64,000 nucleotides of DNA, taken from contig CM059431.1 of the NCBI GenBank assembly GCA_030390025.1, positions 137,146,001-137,210,000 on the forward strand. The letters are read 5' to 3'. The notes under the pieces were generated by a model. The model was given only the letters and a program-made list of their open reading frames with translations. It did not search any database and had not been told where the DNA came from. The DNA comes from Squalus acanthias (taxonomy: Eukaryota). This document shows positions 10,250 to 20,417 of this stretch, piece by piece (the stretch's first letter is position 1; each line of letters begins with the position of its first letter). The position numbers and the translations under genes were made by a program.

Positions 10250-11174
10250 GAAATGTCTTATGTTGATAAGAAATGTTAACTATTGGTTTGCCAAGTACAA
10301 ACGCTGATGGTGATCATCATCACACTAAAACATATGTGGGACTAAAAAAAAGACATCCCACCTCACAAATAAAACTCTACCTGTCCGATCCAGGAAAAGG
10401 ACCCAAATGTAAATGAACTAGAAGTAATTGAGTCATGAAATGTATTAAATAACGATGTGCGTTTTGAAATTGTTAATTGAAATCGAAAGTGTTAAGCAAG
10501 AGCTTGAATCTGTCAACTAGATTATGTGAAGGGAGATATTCACAATTAATAGACAACATGGTCGGAGAATTAGTAAAGGATGTGGCAGTACAGACTAGAA
10601 AACAGGAACCAAGTGCTGAGTAAGATAGGTAACATAAGGAGAATCAGTTTAAATCGCAAATAAAGCGAGAGCTGACAGGATAGTTAGGAAATAGAGCCAC
10701 GGCAAGATTAACAGGAGTAAACAGAATAGATATAGAAAGTATGTGGGAACACGATGAGGTAATGAAGAGGCAATTAAAAAGATTATTGGCAAACAATGAG
10801 GCTAACCAGAATCAAGGCCTTACTAGAGGCATCGTGTGTAGCCTCTCTGTGACATTTGTGATGAATGTAGTCCAGAAGGAACTGGACAATATACAGGGTC
10901 ATCAAATCCCTTTGTTTATTCATGAGGACAACTGAGAAAATGGTTTACAGGAACCACGGCATAGACTATGATGTCATACAGCAAATGGGAATGGCGTTTT
11001 TGTCCCCTAGGATCGGGAAATAAATGAAGATATTATGTCAGTGCGATTGGTCTTGCCTTTGTTAAGGAAAAATGGAAATGAAACAAAACCTTTGAAGGTG
11101 TATAGGGTAGAATCGATGGGAATGGTGGAAGACTCTGAGTTAGGTCCGATCCATAAACAGTATGAGGAATATCC
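10250..11174 (+). pseudogene. env: Envelope/fusion glycoprotein pseudogene, 5' part (short surface part, KSQIKR cleavage site, fusion peptide, heptad repeat)
   Basis: Frame reads LNLSTRLCEGRYSQLIDNMVGELVKDV...KSQIKR/ELTG*LGNRATARLTGVNRIDIESMWEHDEVMKRQLKRLL... then VRLVLPLL..KVYRVESMG..HKQYEEYP, with stops and frameshifts. Confidence 0.6.
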
Positions 11175-11175
11175 C

Positions 11176-11724
11176 GTGGTAAGGGGGGCCATTCAAGTGG
11201 GGGGAGTAAAAAGAAATGTTGTAGTGGTAGGGGATAGTATCATTAGGGGGATAGATAGGGTTCTTTGCAGCCAAGAGCGAGAGTCCCGAAGGCTGTGTTG
11301 CCTGCCCGGTGCCAGGGTTAAGGACATCTCCTCTGGGCTGGAGAGAAACTTGGAGTGGGAGGGGGAGGATCCAGTTGTCGTGGTCCATGTTGGTACCAAT
11401 GACATAGATAGGACAAGGAAAGAGGTTCTGCTGAGGGAGTTTGAGCAGCTAGGGGCCAAATTAAAAAGCAGAACCTCGAGGGTAATAATCTCTGGATTAC
11501 TACCTGAGCCACGAGCAAATTTGGCTCGGGTAAATAAAATCAGGGAGTTGAATGCGTGGCTCAAAGACTGGTGTGGGAAAAATGGGTTTTGCTTCTTGGG
11601 ACACTGGCACCAGTACTGGGGCAGGAGAGAGCTGTTCCGTTGGGACGGACTTCACTTGGCCAGTGCTGGGACTAGTGTCCTGGCGAATCGAATAACTAGG
11701 GCTGTGGAGAGGGCTTTAAACTAA
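11176..11724 (+). CDS. CR1 ORF1p C-terminal SGNH/GDSL esterase domain (5'-truncated)
   Basis: VVVGDSIIRG, CLPGARV, VHVGTND and DGLHL motifs. Confidence 0.9.
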   Translation: MVRGAIQVGGVKRNVVVVGDSIIRGIDRVLCSQERESRRLCCLPGARVKDISSGLERNLEWEGEDPVVVVHVGTNDIDRTRKEVLLREFEQLGAKLKSRTSRVIISGLLPEPRANLARVNKIRELNAWLKDWCGKNGFCFLGHWHQYWGRRELFRWDGLHLASAGTSVLANRITRAVERALN

Positions 11725-11762
11725 TTAGTGGGGGGGAGGTTTCAAGAGAGCAAAAAATAAAA

Positions 11763-14714
11763 ATGACAACAGAGAGGGTCATAGACATAGGTAGCAGTAG
11801 GGGAATCACAAATCAGAGCGTGGCAGGAAGGGACAGAGTGTGTGGAGTAAAAGGTAAACTGGTAAAAAGTGAAAAAGCAGGAACTAAGTGCCACAAAGCA
11901 TATTTGAAAGTTCTCTATCTGAATGCACGTAGCATTCGTAACAAAATAGACGAGTTAATGGCACAAATAACTACATATGGTTATGATATTGTGGCCATTA
12001 CAGAAACATGGCTGCAGGGTGACAATGCCTGGGAATTAAACATACCAGGTTATTTAACGATCAGGAAGGACAGGCAGGAAGGAAGGGGAGGTGGGGTGGC
12101 TATGTTAATAAAGGAAGGAATCACTGTAATACAGAGTAATGATATTGGGTCAAAAAATCATGATAATGAAACAGTTTGGGTGGAGATAAGGAATAATAAG
12201 GGGAAAAAAACATTAGTGGGCGTAGTCTATAGGCCTCCGAACAGTTGCAACTCTATTGGACGGAGTATCAATCAGGAAATAGTTGAGGCATGTAATAAGG
12301 GAACATCTATAATTATGGGGGATTTTAACTATCATATTAATTGGACAAATCAAATGGGGCAGGGCTGCCTTGAGGATGAGTTCATTGAGTGTATTAGGGA
12401 TGGGTTTCTTGAGCAGTATGTAACTGAACCGACCAGGGGGCAAGCAACCTTAGATCTGGTCCTGTGTAACGAGACAGGATTAATTAAAAATGTCCTAGTA
12501 AAGGATCCCCTTGGAATGAGTGACCATAACATGGTTGAATTCCATATTCAATTAGAGGGTGAGAAGGTTGGATCTCAAACAAGCGTGCTAAGCTTGAATA
12601 AAGGAGACTATGAAGGTATGCGAGCGGAATTGAGTAGAGTGGATTGGGAAAATAGATTAAAGGGTAAGACGACACATGATCAGTGGTGTACATTCAAGGA
12701 GTTATTTTACAACTTCCAAAAAAAATATATTCCACTGAAAAGAAAAGGGTGTAAAAGAAAGGACAGTCATCCGTGGCTAAGTAAAGAAATTAAGGATAGT
12801 ATTCGACTAAAAACAAGGGCATATAAGGTAGCGAAATCTAGTGGGAGGACAGAGGATTGGGAAAACTTTAAAAGGCAGCAAAAAATAACAAAAAGATTGA
12901 TTAAGAAAGGGAAGATAGATTATGAAAGTAAATTAGCAAAAAATATAAAAACAGATAGTAAGAGTTTTTATAGTTATATAAAAAGAAAAAGGGTGGCTAA
13001 AGTAAATGTTGGTCCCTTAGAGGATGAGACCGGGAAATTAATGGTGGGAAATATGGAGATGGCAAAAACACTGAATGAATATTTTGTATCAGTCTTTACA
13101 GTAGAGGACACTAAGAATATCCCAACACTGGACAAACAGGGGGCTATAGGGGGAGAGGAGCTAAACACGATCAAAATCACTAAGGAAGCGGTACTCGGTA
13201 AAATAATGGGACTCAAGGCGGATAAATCACCTGGACCTGATGGCTTACATCCTAGAGTCTTGAAGGAAGTGGCGGTAGGGATTGTAGATGCATTGGTAAT
13301 AATTTTTCAAAACTCCCTGGATTCCGCTAAGGTCCCGGCAGACTGGAAAACTGCTAATGTAACACCCTTATTTAAAAAGGGCAGTAGACAGAAGGCTGGT
13401 AACTATAGACTGGTTAGCCTAACATCTGTGGTAGGTAAAATTTTGGAGTCCATTATTAAGGAAACAGTAACAGGACATTTGGATAATCATAATTTAATAG
13501 GACAAAGTCAGCATGGTTTTACGAAGGGGAAGTCATGTTTGACAAATTTGCTGGAGTTCTTTGAGGAAGTAACATATAGAGTGGATAAAGGGGAACCAGT
13601 GGACGTAGTGTATTTAGACTTCCAAAAGGCATTTGACAAGGTGCCACACAAAAGATTATTGCTTAAGGTAAAAAATCACGGGATTGGGGGTAATATTCTG
13701 GCATGGATAGAGGATTGGCTATCTAACAGAAAGCAAAGAGTTGGGATAAATGGTTCATTCTCAGACTGGCAATCAGTAACTAGTGGTGTTCCACAGGGGT
13801 CAGTGCTGGGTCCCCAACTCTTCACAATCTATATTAACGATTTGGAGGAAGGGACCAAGTGTAACATATCAAAATTTGCAGATGATACAAAGATGGGAGG
13901 GAAAGTAGTGAGTGAGGAGGACATAAAAAACCTGCAAGGGGACATAGACAGGCTAAGTAAGTGGGCAGAGATTTGGCAGATGGAATACAACACTGGAAAG
14001 TGTGAGGTGATGCACTTTGGCAGGAAAAATCCTAGAGCAATTTATTATCTTAATGGCAAGAAACTGGAGAGTACTGAAGTGCAAAGGGATCTGGGGGTCC
14101 TGGTGCACGAAACTCAAAAGGTTAGTATGCAGGTGCAGCAAGTGATTAAGAAGGCAAATGGAATGTTGGCTTTCATTGCTAGGGGGATAGAATATAAAAA
14201 TAGGGAGGTATTGCTTCAGTTGTACAAGGTATTGGTGAGACCGCACCTGGAATACTGCATACAGTTTTGGTGTCCTTACTTAAGGAAAGACATCCTTGCT
14301 CTCGAGGCAGTGCAAAAAAGGTTCACTCGGTTAATCCCGGGGATGAGGGGGTGGTCATATGAGGAGAGGTTGGGTAGATTGGGACTCTACTCATTGGAGT
14401 TCAGAAGAATGAGAGGCGATCTTATTGAAACATATAAGATTGTGAAGGGGTTGGATCGGGTGGATGCGGGGAGGATGTTCCCGATGACGGGTGAGACGAG
14501 AACTAGGGGACATAGTCTTAGAATAAGGGGCTGCTCTTTCAAAACTGAGATGAGGAGGAACTACTTCACTCAGAGGGTGGTAGGTCCATGGAATATGCTG
14601 CCACAAAAAGCTGTAGAAGCTACAACATTAATTAAATTTAAAACAGAAATAGACAGTTTCCTAGAAGTAAAGGGCATTAAGGGTTACGGGGAGCGGGCAG
14701 GAATTTGGACATGA
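11763..14714 (+). CDS. CR1 ORF2p, APE endonuclease plus reverse transcriptase, 983 aa
   Basis: YLNARS, ITETW, YRPP, GDFN and SDH endonuclease motifs; [25 protein letters not shown] and KFADDTK RT motifs; no stops. Confidence 0.97.
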   Translation: MTTERVIDIGSSRGITNQSVAGRDRVCGVKGKLVKSEKAGTKCHKAYLKVLYLNARSIRNKIDELMAQITTYGYDIVAITETWLQGDNAWELNIPGYLTIRKDRQEGRGGGVAMLIKEGITVIQSNDIGSKNHDNETVWVEIRNNKGKKTLVGVVYRPPNSCNSIGRSINQEIVEACNKGTSIIMGDFNYHINWTNQMGQGCLEDEFIECIRDGFLEQYVTEPTRGQATLDLVLCNETGLIKNVLVKDPLGMSDHNMVEFHIQLEGEKVGSQTSVLSLNKGDYEGMRAELSRVDWENRLKGKTTHDQWCTFKELFYNFQKKYIPLKRKGCKRKDSHPWLSKEIKDSIRLKTRAYKVAKSSGRTEDWENFKRQQKITKRLIKKGKIDYESKLAKNIKTDSKSFYSYIKRKRVAKVNVGPLEDETGKLMVGNMEMAKTLNEYFVSVFTVEDTKNIPTLDKQGAIGGEELNTIKITKEAVLGKIMGLKADKSPGPDGLHPRVLKEVAVGIVDALVIIFQNSLDSAKVPADWKTANVTPLFKKGSRQKAGNYRLVSLTSVVGKILESIIKETVTGHLDNHNLIGQSQHGFTKGKSCLTNLLEFFEEVTYRVDKGEPVDVVYLDFQKAFDKVPHKRLLLKVKNHGIGGNILAWIEDWLSNRKQRVGINGSFSDWQSVTSGVPQGSVLGPQLFTIYINDLEEGTKCNISKFADDTKMGGKVVSEEDIKNLQGDIDRLSKWAEIWQMEYNTGKCEVMHFGRKNPRAIYYLNGKKLESTEVQRDLGVLVHETQKVSMQVQQVIKKANGMLAFIARGIEYKNREVLLQLYKVLVRPHLEYCIQFWCPYLRKDILALEAVQKRFTRLIPGMRGWSYEERLGRLGLYSLEFRRMRGDLIETYKIVKGLDRVDAGRMFPMTGETRTRGHSLRIRGCSFKTEMRRNYFTQRVVGPWNMLPQKAVEATTLIKFKTEIDSFLEVKGIKGYGERAGIWT

Positions 14715-14950
14715 GTCTAGGTTCGGATCGGTCATGGCCCTGTGGGTAGTGGAGCGGGCCCAGGGACTGTGTAGCCTGATTCTGCTCCTATTTCGTGTGT
14801 GCAATTCTGTTAGATGCAGGAGATGGTTCTGTGATAGATAGTAGATTGGCGGTTAGGATCAGATCAGCCATGATCTTATTGAATGGCGGAGCAGGCTCGA
14901 GGGGCCGATTGGCCTACTCCTGCTCCTATTTCTTATGTTCTTATGTTCTT

Positions 14951-15737
14951 ATATCTGATTAAGAAGGGAGGGACTTGGATAGCACCATACTACAACGTTA
15001 TACTCTGAAAGGGACAGCATGGGTTTGTAGATGTGACGTAGTCCATCAACATACTGTTCCAGCTTATGGGTTCACCCTCGACAAAGAATCACCAAAATGC
15101 CATATTGGAATAAGTAAATGGGGGCGAAGACCAAACTAAAATTGTTTATAAAGGAAAATGATTATATTGTGTGACTACTACGGCCACTTATATGATTGTG
15201 GGTTCTAGCAAATGCCCCATAGTATAACATCAGTTTTGTTTGATTCCAACGAGAAATACGCATATCGGTGCTAAAACGTTGGTGCTGGTACAGCATTATA
15301 AAGTTAGTAATCTGCAGGTGTAACTGCCTCTGGAGGATGAAGCCATTCGAGCCATTCCTCAAATGGAACATTACATACGTTCCCTGTCTCTGGCTTTAAA
15401 GGGCATAATTGAATGAACTCGGATATGCCAGAAACACATAGTGCAAATGATACAGACAAATAGAGAGACAGAACAGGCAATCCCGAGACTTGGGAATCAT
15501 GAATGTTGGGAAGTAGTATCGAGCTTGGAAATACATCCTTGGGTTAGATTGTTCCAGATGGGATTGTTGATAGCAGAGATAAAAGCTTTAGGGATTCTGG
15601 TCATTGCGTTCTGCTGTGTAAGGAAGTCGATAAGGGACATAGAAAATAATGAAAGGTTAGAAGTTAGCAAGGGCACTAAGAGGAAGCCAGGATTAGTAAA
15701 GACAAAGAATGATATAAAACACTTTGCCAAGAGGTAA
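14951..15737 (+). pseudogene. env: Envelope/fusion glycoprotein pseudogene, 3' part (Cys-rich region, TM helix, basic tail)
   Basis: Continues as YLIKKGGTWIAP, then across frameshifts GTAWVCRCDVV..C, IVYKGK*LYCVTT..C..FCLIP..IG and WVRLFQMGLLIAEIKALGILVIAFCCVRK. Confidence 0.6.
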
Positions 15738-15761
15738 AGTAACCGATAAAAAAGTGGGACA

Positions 15762-16322
15762 TGCTGGCATATAGACCCCGGTTAATTCAGCTTCTGAAAG
15801 GAGATCATGTTCAATTAATTCGATAGAGGGAAAATGCGTTTTGTATCATTAGAGAGAGAGAGAGAAAGAGACAGAGAGACTGATTTCACTTAGCAACAGC
15901 TGGTGTTTTGCGACCAACCAGCCTTCGATATACTTAATAGAATGTTTAGATTAGAAATATTATGTTAGGATAAGGAAAGTCCAGAACGAGTGGTTTATGC
16001 TCACCATCGCAAGGCCACGATGTTTGTCGGTGTGTTATTGATGTAGACTTGTGTCTCTGGACTATACAGTAGCCAGAGACGTCCATGTTCGGCAATGGCT
16101 GCAGAGGTTTGATAATAAAACAGTGTATAAATGTAAGCTTTTTCCTTTGTATGGGAGCATGGAGGTACCCATGATTAGGTACGCGTGCTCTATCTGCGAC
16201 TAGATTCCGCATGTAAACTGCTTTCTATGCTGAAGTTAAAGAATGAAATGATTCTAACCAGAAGACTGAATTCGTTACAACTCAAGTGAACAAACTGAAG
16301 GGAACAGGTTCTGCCCTTATAC
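15762..16322 (+). mobile_element. Candidate 3' LTR
   Basis: Starts with TG just after the polypurine tract that follows the env stop and contains TATAAAT at about 16126. No 5' partner is found in the window. Confidence 0.5.
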
Positions 16323-16585
16323 TTTTCGGCTACCTTGGACTGCACAAACTATAACAGTATTCCGCCAAGCTGAAGCCACGCTCGACATATTTATACGACA
16401 ATCTAATCCTTTTGGCCTCCAACTTTCCCCATATGCATTGTTTTTTGTACTTGAATGCGTGGGACAATCTTTATCTTTTACTGTGGTGTGTAGTGTCTTA
16501 GCAACTAGTCCCATATCGAGGTATGACAATGTCTTGGACTGGGTGTTTATTATTCTCAGTCTTCGCGTTTCCAAATTGTCTTTTA

Positions 16586-16932
16586 AAACTACAGGTATAC
16601 CCAATAGTACTATTTATCACAAAGATGTGGAAAACTGTAATATATTAAAATACAGGTATATCCAATCGTAATATTTATCAAAAAGACGTGGAAGATTGGA
16701 ATATATTAATACTACAGGTGTACCCAATTGTAATATGAATCACTACAGACATAGGCAATTGCAATATATTAAAACATCAGGTATATCCAATAGTAATATT
16801 TATCACAAAAATGTGGAAGATTGTAATATATTAAAACTACAGCTGTATCCAATTGTAATATTGATCACCACAGACATGGGAAATCGTAATATAATAAATC
16901 TACAGGTATATCCAATTGTAATATTGATCACC
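16586..16932. repeat. Degenerate ~62-bp tandem repeat, about 5.5 copies
   Basis: AAAACTACAGGTATATCCAAT.GTAATATT unit starts near 16586, 16647, 16708, 16771, 16833 and 16896. Confidence 0.85.
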
Positions 16933-17109
16933 CTGCTAACAAGGGCCCTGAATGAAACGCGTTAGACAAACTGTGTTTATTTGAGGGTTTTCGTGAGTGA
17001 GCGAGCCTGGGGAATAGTTTGAAACATTCTGATACCTGGGGCTGTTGGGTCGTCTTAACTTACCAGGTTACCTGTCCCGGACAAGCCCAGTTTCACTCTC
17101 GTCCCTGAC

Positions 17110-17340
17110 GATTGTAGGTTCACGACCCACGCCAAGGGCTTGAGCACATAATCGGAAATGATTGAGTGAGTTCTGCATTGTCGGAAGTGTCGTCTTTCGA
17201 AAGAAAAACTCAATCCAGGTCATGTCTGCCTCTACAGGTGGAAGGGAAATAACCCACGGCTCTACGGAAGGAAGAGTAGAGGACTCCTCTCAGTTTCTTG
17301 GTCCACCTTGAGATATCTTAAAAATTTAATACCAGATTAT
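17110..17340 (+). mobile_element. Deu-domain (SacSINE1/AmnSINE-like) SINE fragment
   Basis: CTTGAGCACATAATC...GCATTGTCGGAAGTGTCGTCTTTCG...CAGGTGG...GAAGAG resembles the DeuSINE core. Confidence 0.6.
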
Positions 17341-17365
17341 ACTCCCTGCAGTTTTCATTAAGTAT

Positions 17366-17588
17366 GAAGTCGCACAACACCAGGTTATAATCCAACAGTT
17401 TTATTTGAAATCACAAGCTTTCGGAGCTGCTGCTTCTTCGTCAGTTGAAGACTTCACCTGATGAAGAAACAGCAGCTCCAAAAGCTTGTGATTTCAAATA
17501 AAACTGTTGGACTATAACCTGGTGTTGTGCGACTTCTTACATTTGTCCACCCCAGTCCCAACACCGGTATCTTCACATCATGGCTTCT
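17366..17588 (+). mobile_element. Fold-back Penelope-derived element (head-to-head pLTR ends) with candidate TSD TTAAGTAT
   Basis: Near-perfect palindrome 17366-17537 centred at about 17450; same sequence as the pLTR end at 40470-40598. Confidence 0.85.
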
Positions 17589-17844
17589 TTAAGTATCCAC
17601 GTCTTTCCAATTTTCCCCAGCACCCTCACAGGTCAGTGTCTGTCCCGGATATTCAGGATCCCGCCCGCCCGCCCGCCCGCCCGACTAGTTCCCAGGTAGA
17701 CATGTACAGGTCCTTGGAGCACAAGGAATGGACTTAACATCACTGATCTCAGGTTACACCTGGAGATTTGCGGGGGTTCGGTGCCGCACAGCCGGGACCG
17801 CGGAATCGCCTATCCAGTGTATAATAACGATAACTGGTTCACGG

Positions 17845-18300
17845 AACCATAGTGGCTATGTTAATGGACTAATAATCCAGAGACCTATACTAATGATCGG
17901 AGATATGAGATCAAATACCACCACGACTGCGGGGGAATTTAAATTGAGTTAATTAAATAAATCTGGAATATCCTGTAACTACCGGATTGTCGTAAAAGCC
18001 CATTTTGTTCAGTAATGTTCTTTAGGGAAGCAAATCTGCCGTCCTTACCCGGTCTGCTATATATGACTCCAGACCTACAGCAATGTGGTTGACTCTCAAC
18101 TGCCCTCTGAAATGGCCTAGCAAACCACTCAGTTGTACCAAACCGTTACAAAGAAGTATATTGTGCGAGTACCTTCCCAACACGGACTGCAGCAGTTTAA
18201 GAAGCCGGCTCACCACAACGTTCCCAAGGGCAATCAGAGATGGGCAATAAACGCTGGCCTTGCCAGCGACGCCCACATCGAAGCGAGGAATAAAAAATGA
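17845..18300 (+). mobile_element. tRNA-derived SINE sharing its 3' tail with the LINE at 7728-9290
   Basis: tRNA-like head (TGGACTAATAATCCAGAG..TCAAATACCACCA) and tail GGGCAATAAACGCTGGCCTTGCCAGCGACGCCCACATC. Confidence 0.75.
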
Positions 18301-19819
18301 CAATTACAGTTGAATTAAATGGTTATTGAGATATAAACCGGTGAGAACTTTGTGACTCAGCGTTATTAGTTTTAAAGTAATTTTTTTTTACGTTAACTCC
18401 AATTAATTATTGTGTGTTTTGAGTCAGAATGAAGGCTCTCGGTGCTTTGCTGATCCAGCTCCCTGCCTCGGCCGAGGGTTTATTTTATTAAACTGAGAGC
18501 AGTGTTTGTACCCATACTTTCTGGATTTATTTTCCTTCTCGTTCAACACAGTCACCTGATTATTGTGGGGACGTTCTTTTAACAGGAAATAAAAACACAA
18601 TGCTTCAGTCGTTTAAAGAGGAACTGGAGTTTCATGAAGTGACGTGTCTATTCAAATTTTATAACATTTCTTATGTATAAATAAGGTGATTATCAGATGT
18701 TTTGCCATCGAATTCAGTATTTTAGCAGCAATTTAAATGGTCACTGTTAGCAGTTACAGATTTAAATGGTTTAAGACAATCAGATTTGCAGAAGTGACGG
18801 GGTCTATTTCTAACAATGTGACTATTTCATCGATGTATTTCTATAGATGCGGCGCTGCTTAATGTTCTGTACAGTTGGAACTGACGGTGGATTCAGTAAA
18901 CCCGCAGTGTCAGGTCTGGTGGTGTAAAAATCCGTTATTGGAATCGCAGCTTCATGGTTAGAAAAACTGGCTGAATGTTCAGGGTTAATGTTCTTCACTA
19001 AACTCCGAACATGTGATGTTGGTTTTGCTACTTCCGTTTTTGTTCTTTTCGCTGAGTGATTTCCTCTATTGCCAGGGTAACAATCTGTCAGATCTAAGTA
19101 AAAGAGGCCTCGGCACCATTTTATATCTGCAAGACCGTTTAAACTCCTGTCTGTGTATTCGGCATTCCAGGAGTAGGGACATCTTCTGAATAGTTTTAAT
19201 ACAATGGGCAGAATATTAAAATCAGATTATAAAGCTGTTGTGTAGGAGCAGTAGGTTTTATAGATACACATAATTCGTAAAACATCCTCTTACCATGGTT
19301 TAATAATGCTTCTTATATTGATAAAGCCTGTTTCAACCCGATGTTCGCACATGTTCTAACATTTCCACATGTTTACCTACCGATCTGACCTCTTCCTACA
19401 GACGCAGTGAAATGTTCATCAGTTAGAGTTTGAGCAATGTCATTGAGATTCACCAGTAATTAATTAATTCTTCTTTGTAAAGCACACTTCCTGTAAGATT
19501 CCCATTTACTGTTAACTCATCTCCTGTCACGTTCATTTCCTGTCACACCTCAGACATCACAGTTCTAGTGAATCCTTTCACTCGTTCCAAATGGCAGTGG
19601 ATCTGCGAGTTCTAATTACATGAGCCACGTTTATTGATCCTACAACTGTTTAGGGAGAGACATTATGTGATAGATTTTTAATATTGGTTCCAGATAATTA
19701 ACACATGATAGAAATATGGGACAGTACAAGACCGTAGACAGATAGGAATAACTGGATTCCATTCAGGCCATCTACTCTGTTCTGCCAATAACAATGAGAG
19801 CAGGAAAAGTAACCTGGCT

Positions 19820-20400
19820 CTGTTGCGCAGGCGCAGTCTATCTCCCTTGCTCTCACGCAGGCGCAGTCTCGCTCTCTTGCTCTCACGCAGGCGCAGTCTT
19901 GCTCCCTGCCGATATTCCCGGGATTCGCAGTCACGGGTCAGTTTGCCTCCTGTGACGGGGAGCGCGCGGCGATCGTTGAGAGATGGTAAGGATAAGGATC
20001 GTTGCCTTGGTGACAGGGGCCGCGCTCTGCGACTGAGGGAACTCAGCATAATTCAGCATACGGCCTGACAGCGCGGCTGCTCAGCCCAGAGTTTAGATCA
20101 CAGCGAGGGAGGGAGGGAGGGGCTTCACAGTGTCACAGACCCGCTTTGTAACTCGGCAGAGAAACGGAGGGGGGATTCCTGTCAGCATCCGCTCCCGGGG
20201 AATGTGCTGAACCGGCTCACAATACAGGGGCTGGGCCGGGGGTGGAGGGCGCGGTGGGTTCAGGCAGTTTGGACACAAAATGGCGCATTTCCGCCCAGAG
20301 CAGTGAGAATGGGGTAGTCTCAGGCGGCCGGAAATTTACTGTGTGGAAAATCAGCAAACTAAACACACAGCCCGGAACTGAGGGTTTGGAGAGAGGAGGG
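19820..20400 (+). promoter_or_regulatory. CpG-rich promoter: three tandem NRF1-like (G/A)CGCAGGCGCA sites at 30-bp spacing, downstream YY1 (AAAATGGCG) and ETS (CCGGAA) motifs
   Basis: Sharp rise in CpG density; motifs at about 19825, 19855, 19885, 20277 and 20327. Confidence 0.75.
19925..19985 (+). other. Candidate first exon of the NLR gene, ending ATG|GTAAGG (start position approximate)
   Basis: Strong splice donor directly downstream of the NRF1 cluster. Confidence 0.6.
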
Positions 20401-20417
20401 AGTTAGAATTAAACTAC

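Larger units (their letters stand above)
11175..14950 (+). mobile_element. Young CR1 LINE, 5'-truncated within ORF1, with uninterrupted ORF2 and (TTCTTATG)n tail
   Basis: SGNH esterase ORF1 C-terminus, full EN+RT ORF2, CR1 3' terminal motif and 8-bp microsatellite tail. Confidence 0.97.
5975..16322 (+). mobile_element. Decayed LTR retroelement/ERV-like internal region with env and 3' LTR, interrupted by two LINEs and a SINE fragment; 5' boundary uncertain
   Basis: Purine-rich internal sequence, env-like pseudo-ORF ending at 15737, PPT-like AAAAAAGTGGGA at about 15748, then a TG..CA LTR-like block. Confidence 0.5.

Noticed and set aside
19678..20068. Arg/Ser-rich ORFs on both strands
   Set aside because: By-products of the GC-rich triplicated promoter.
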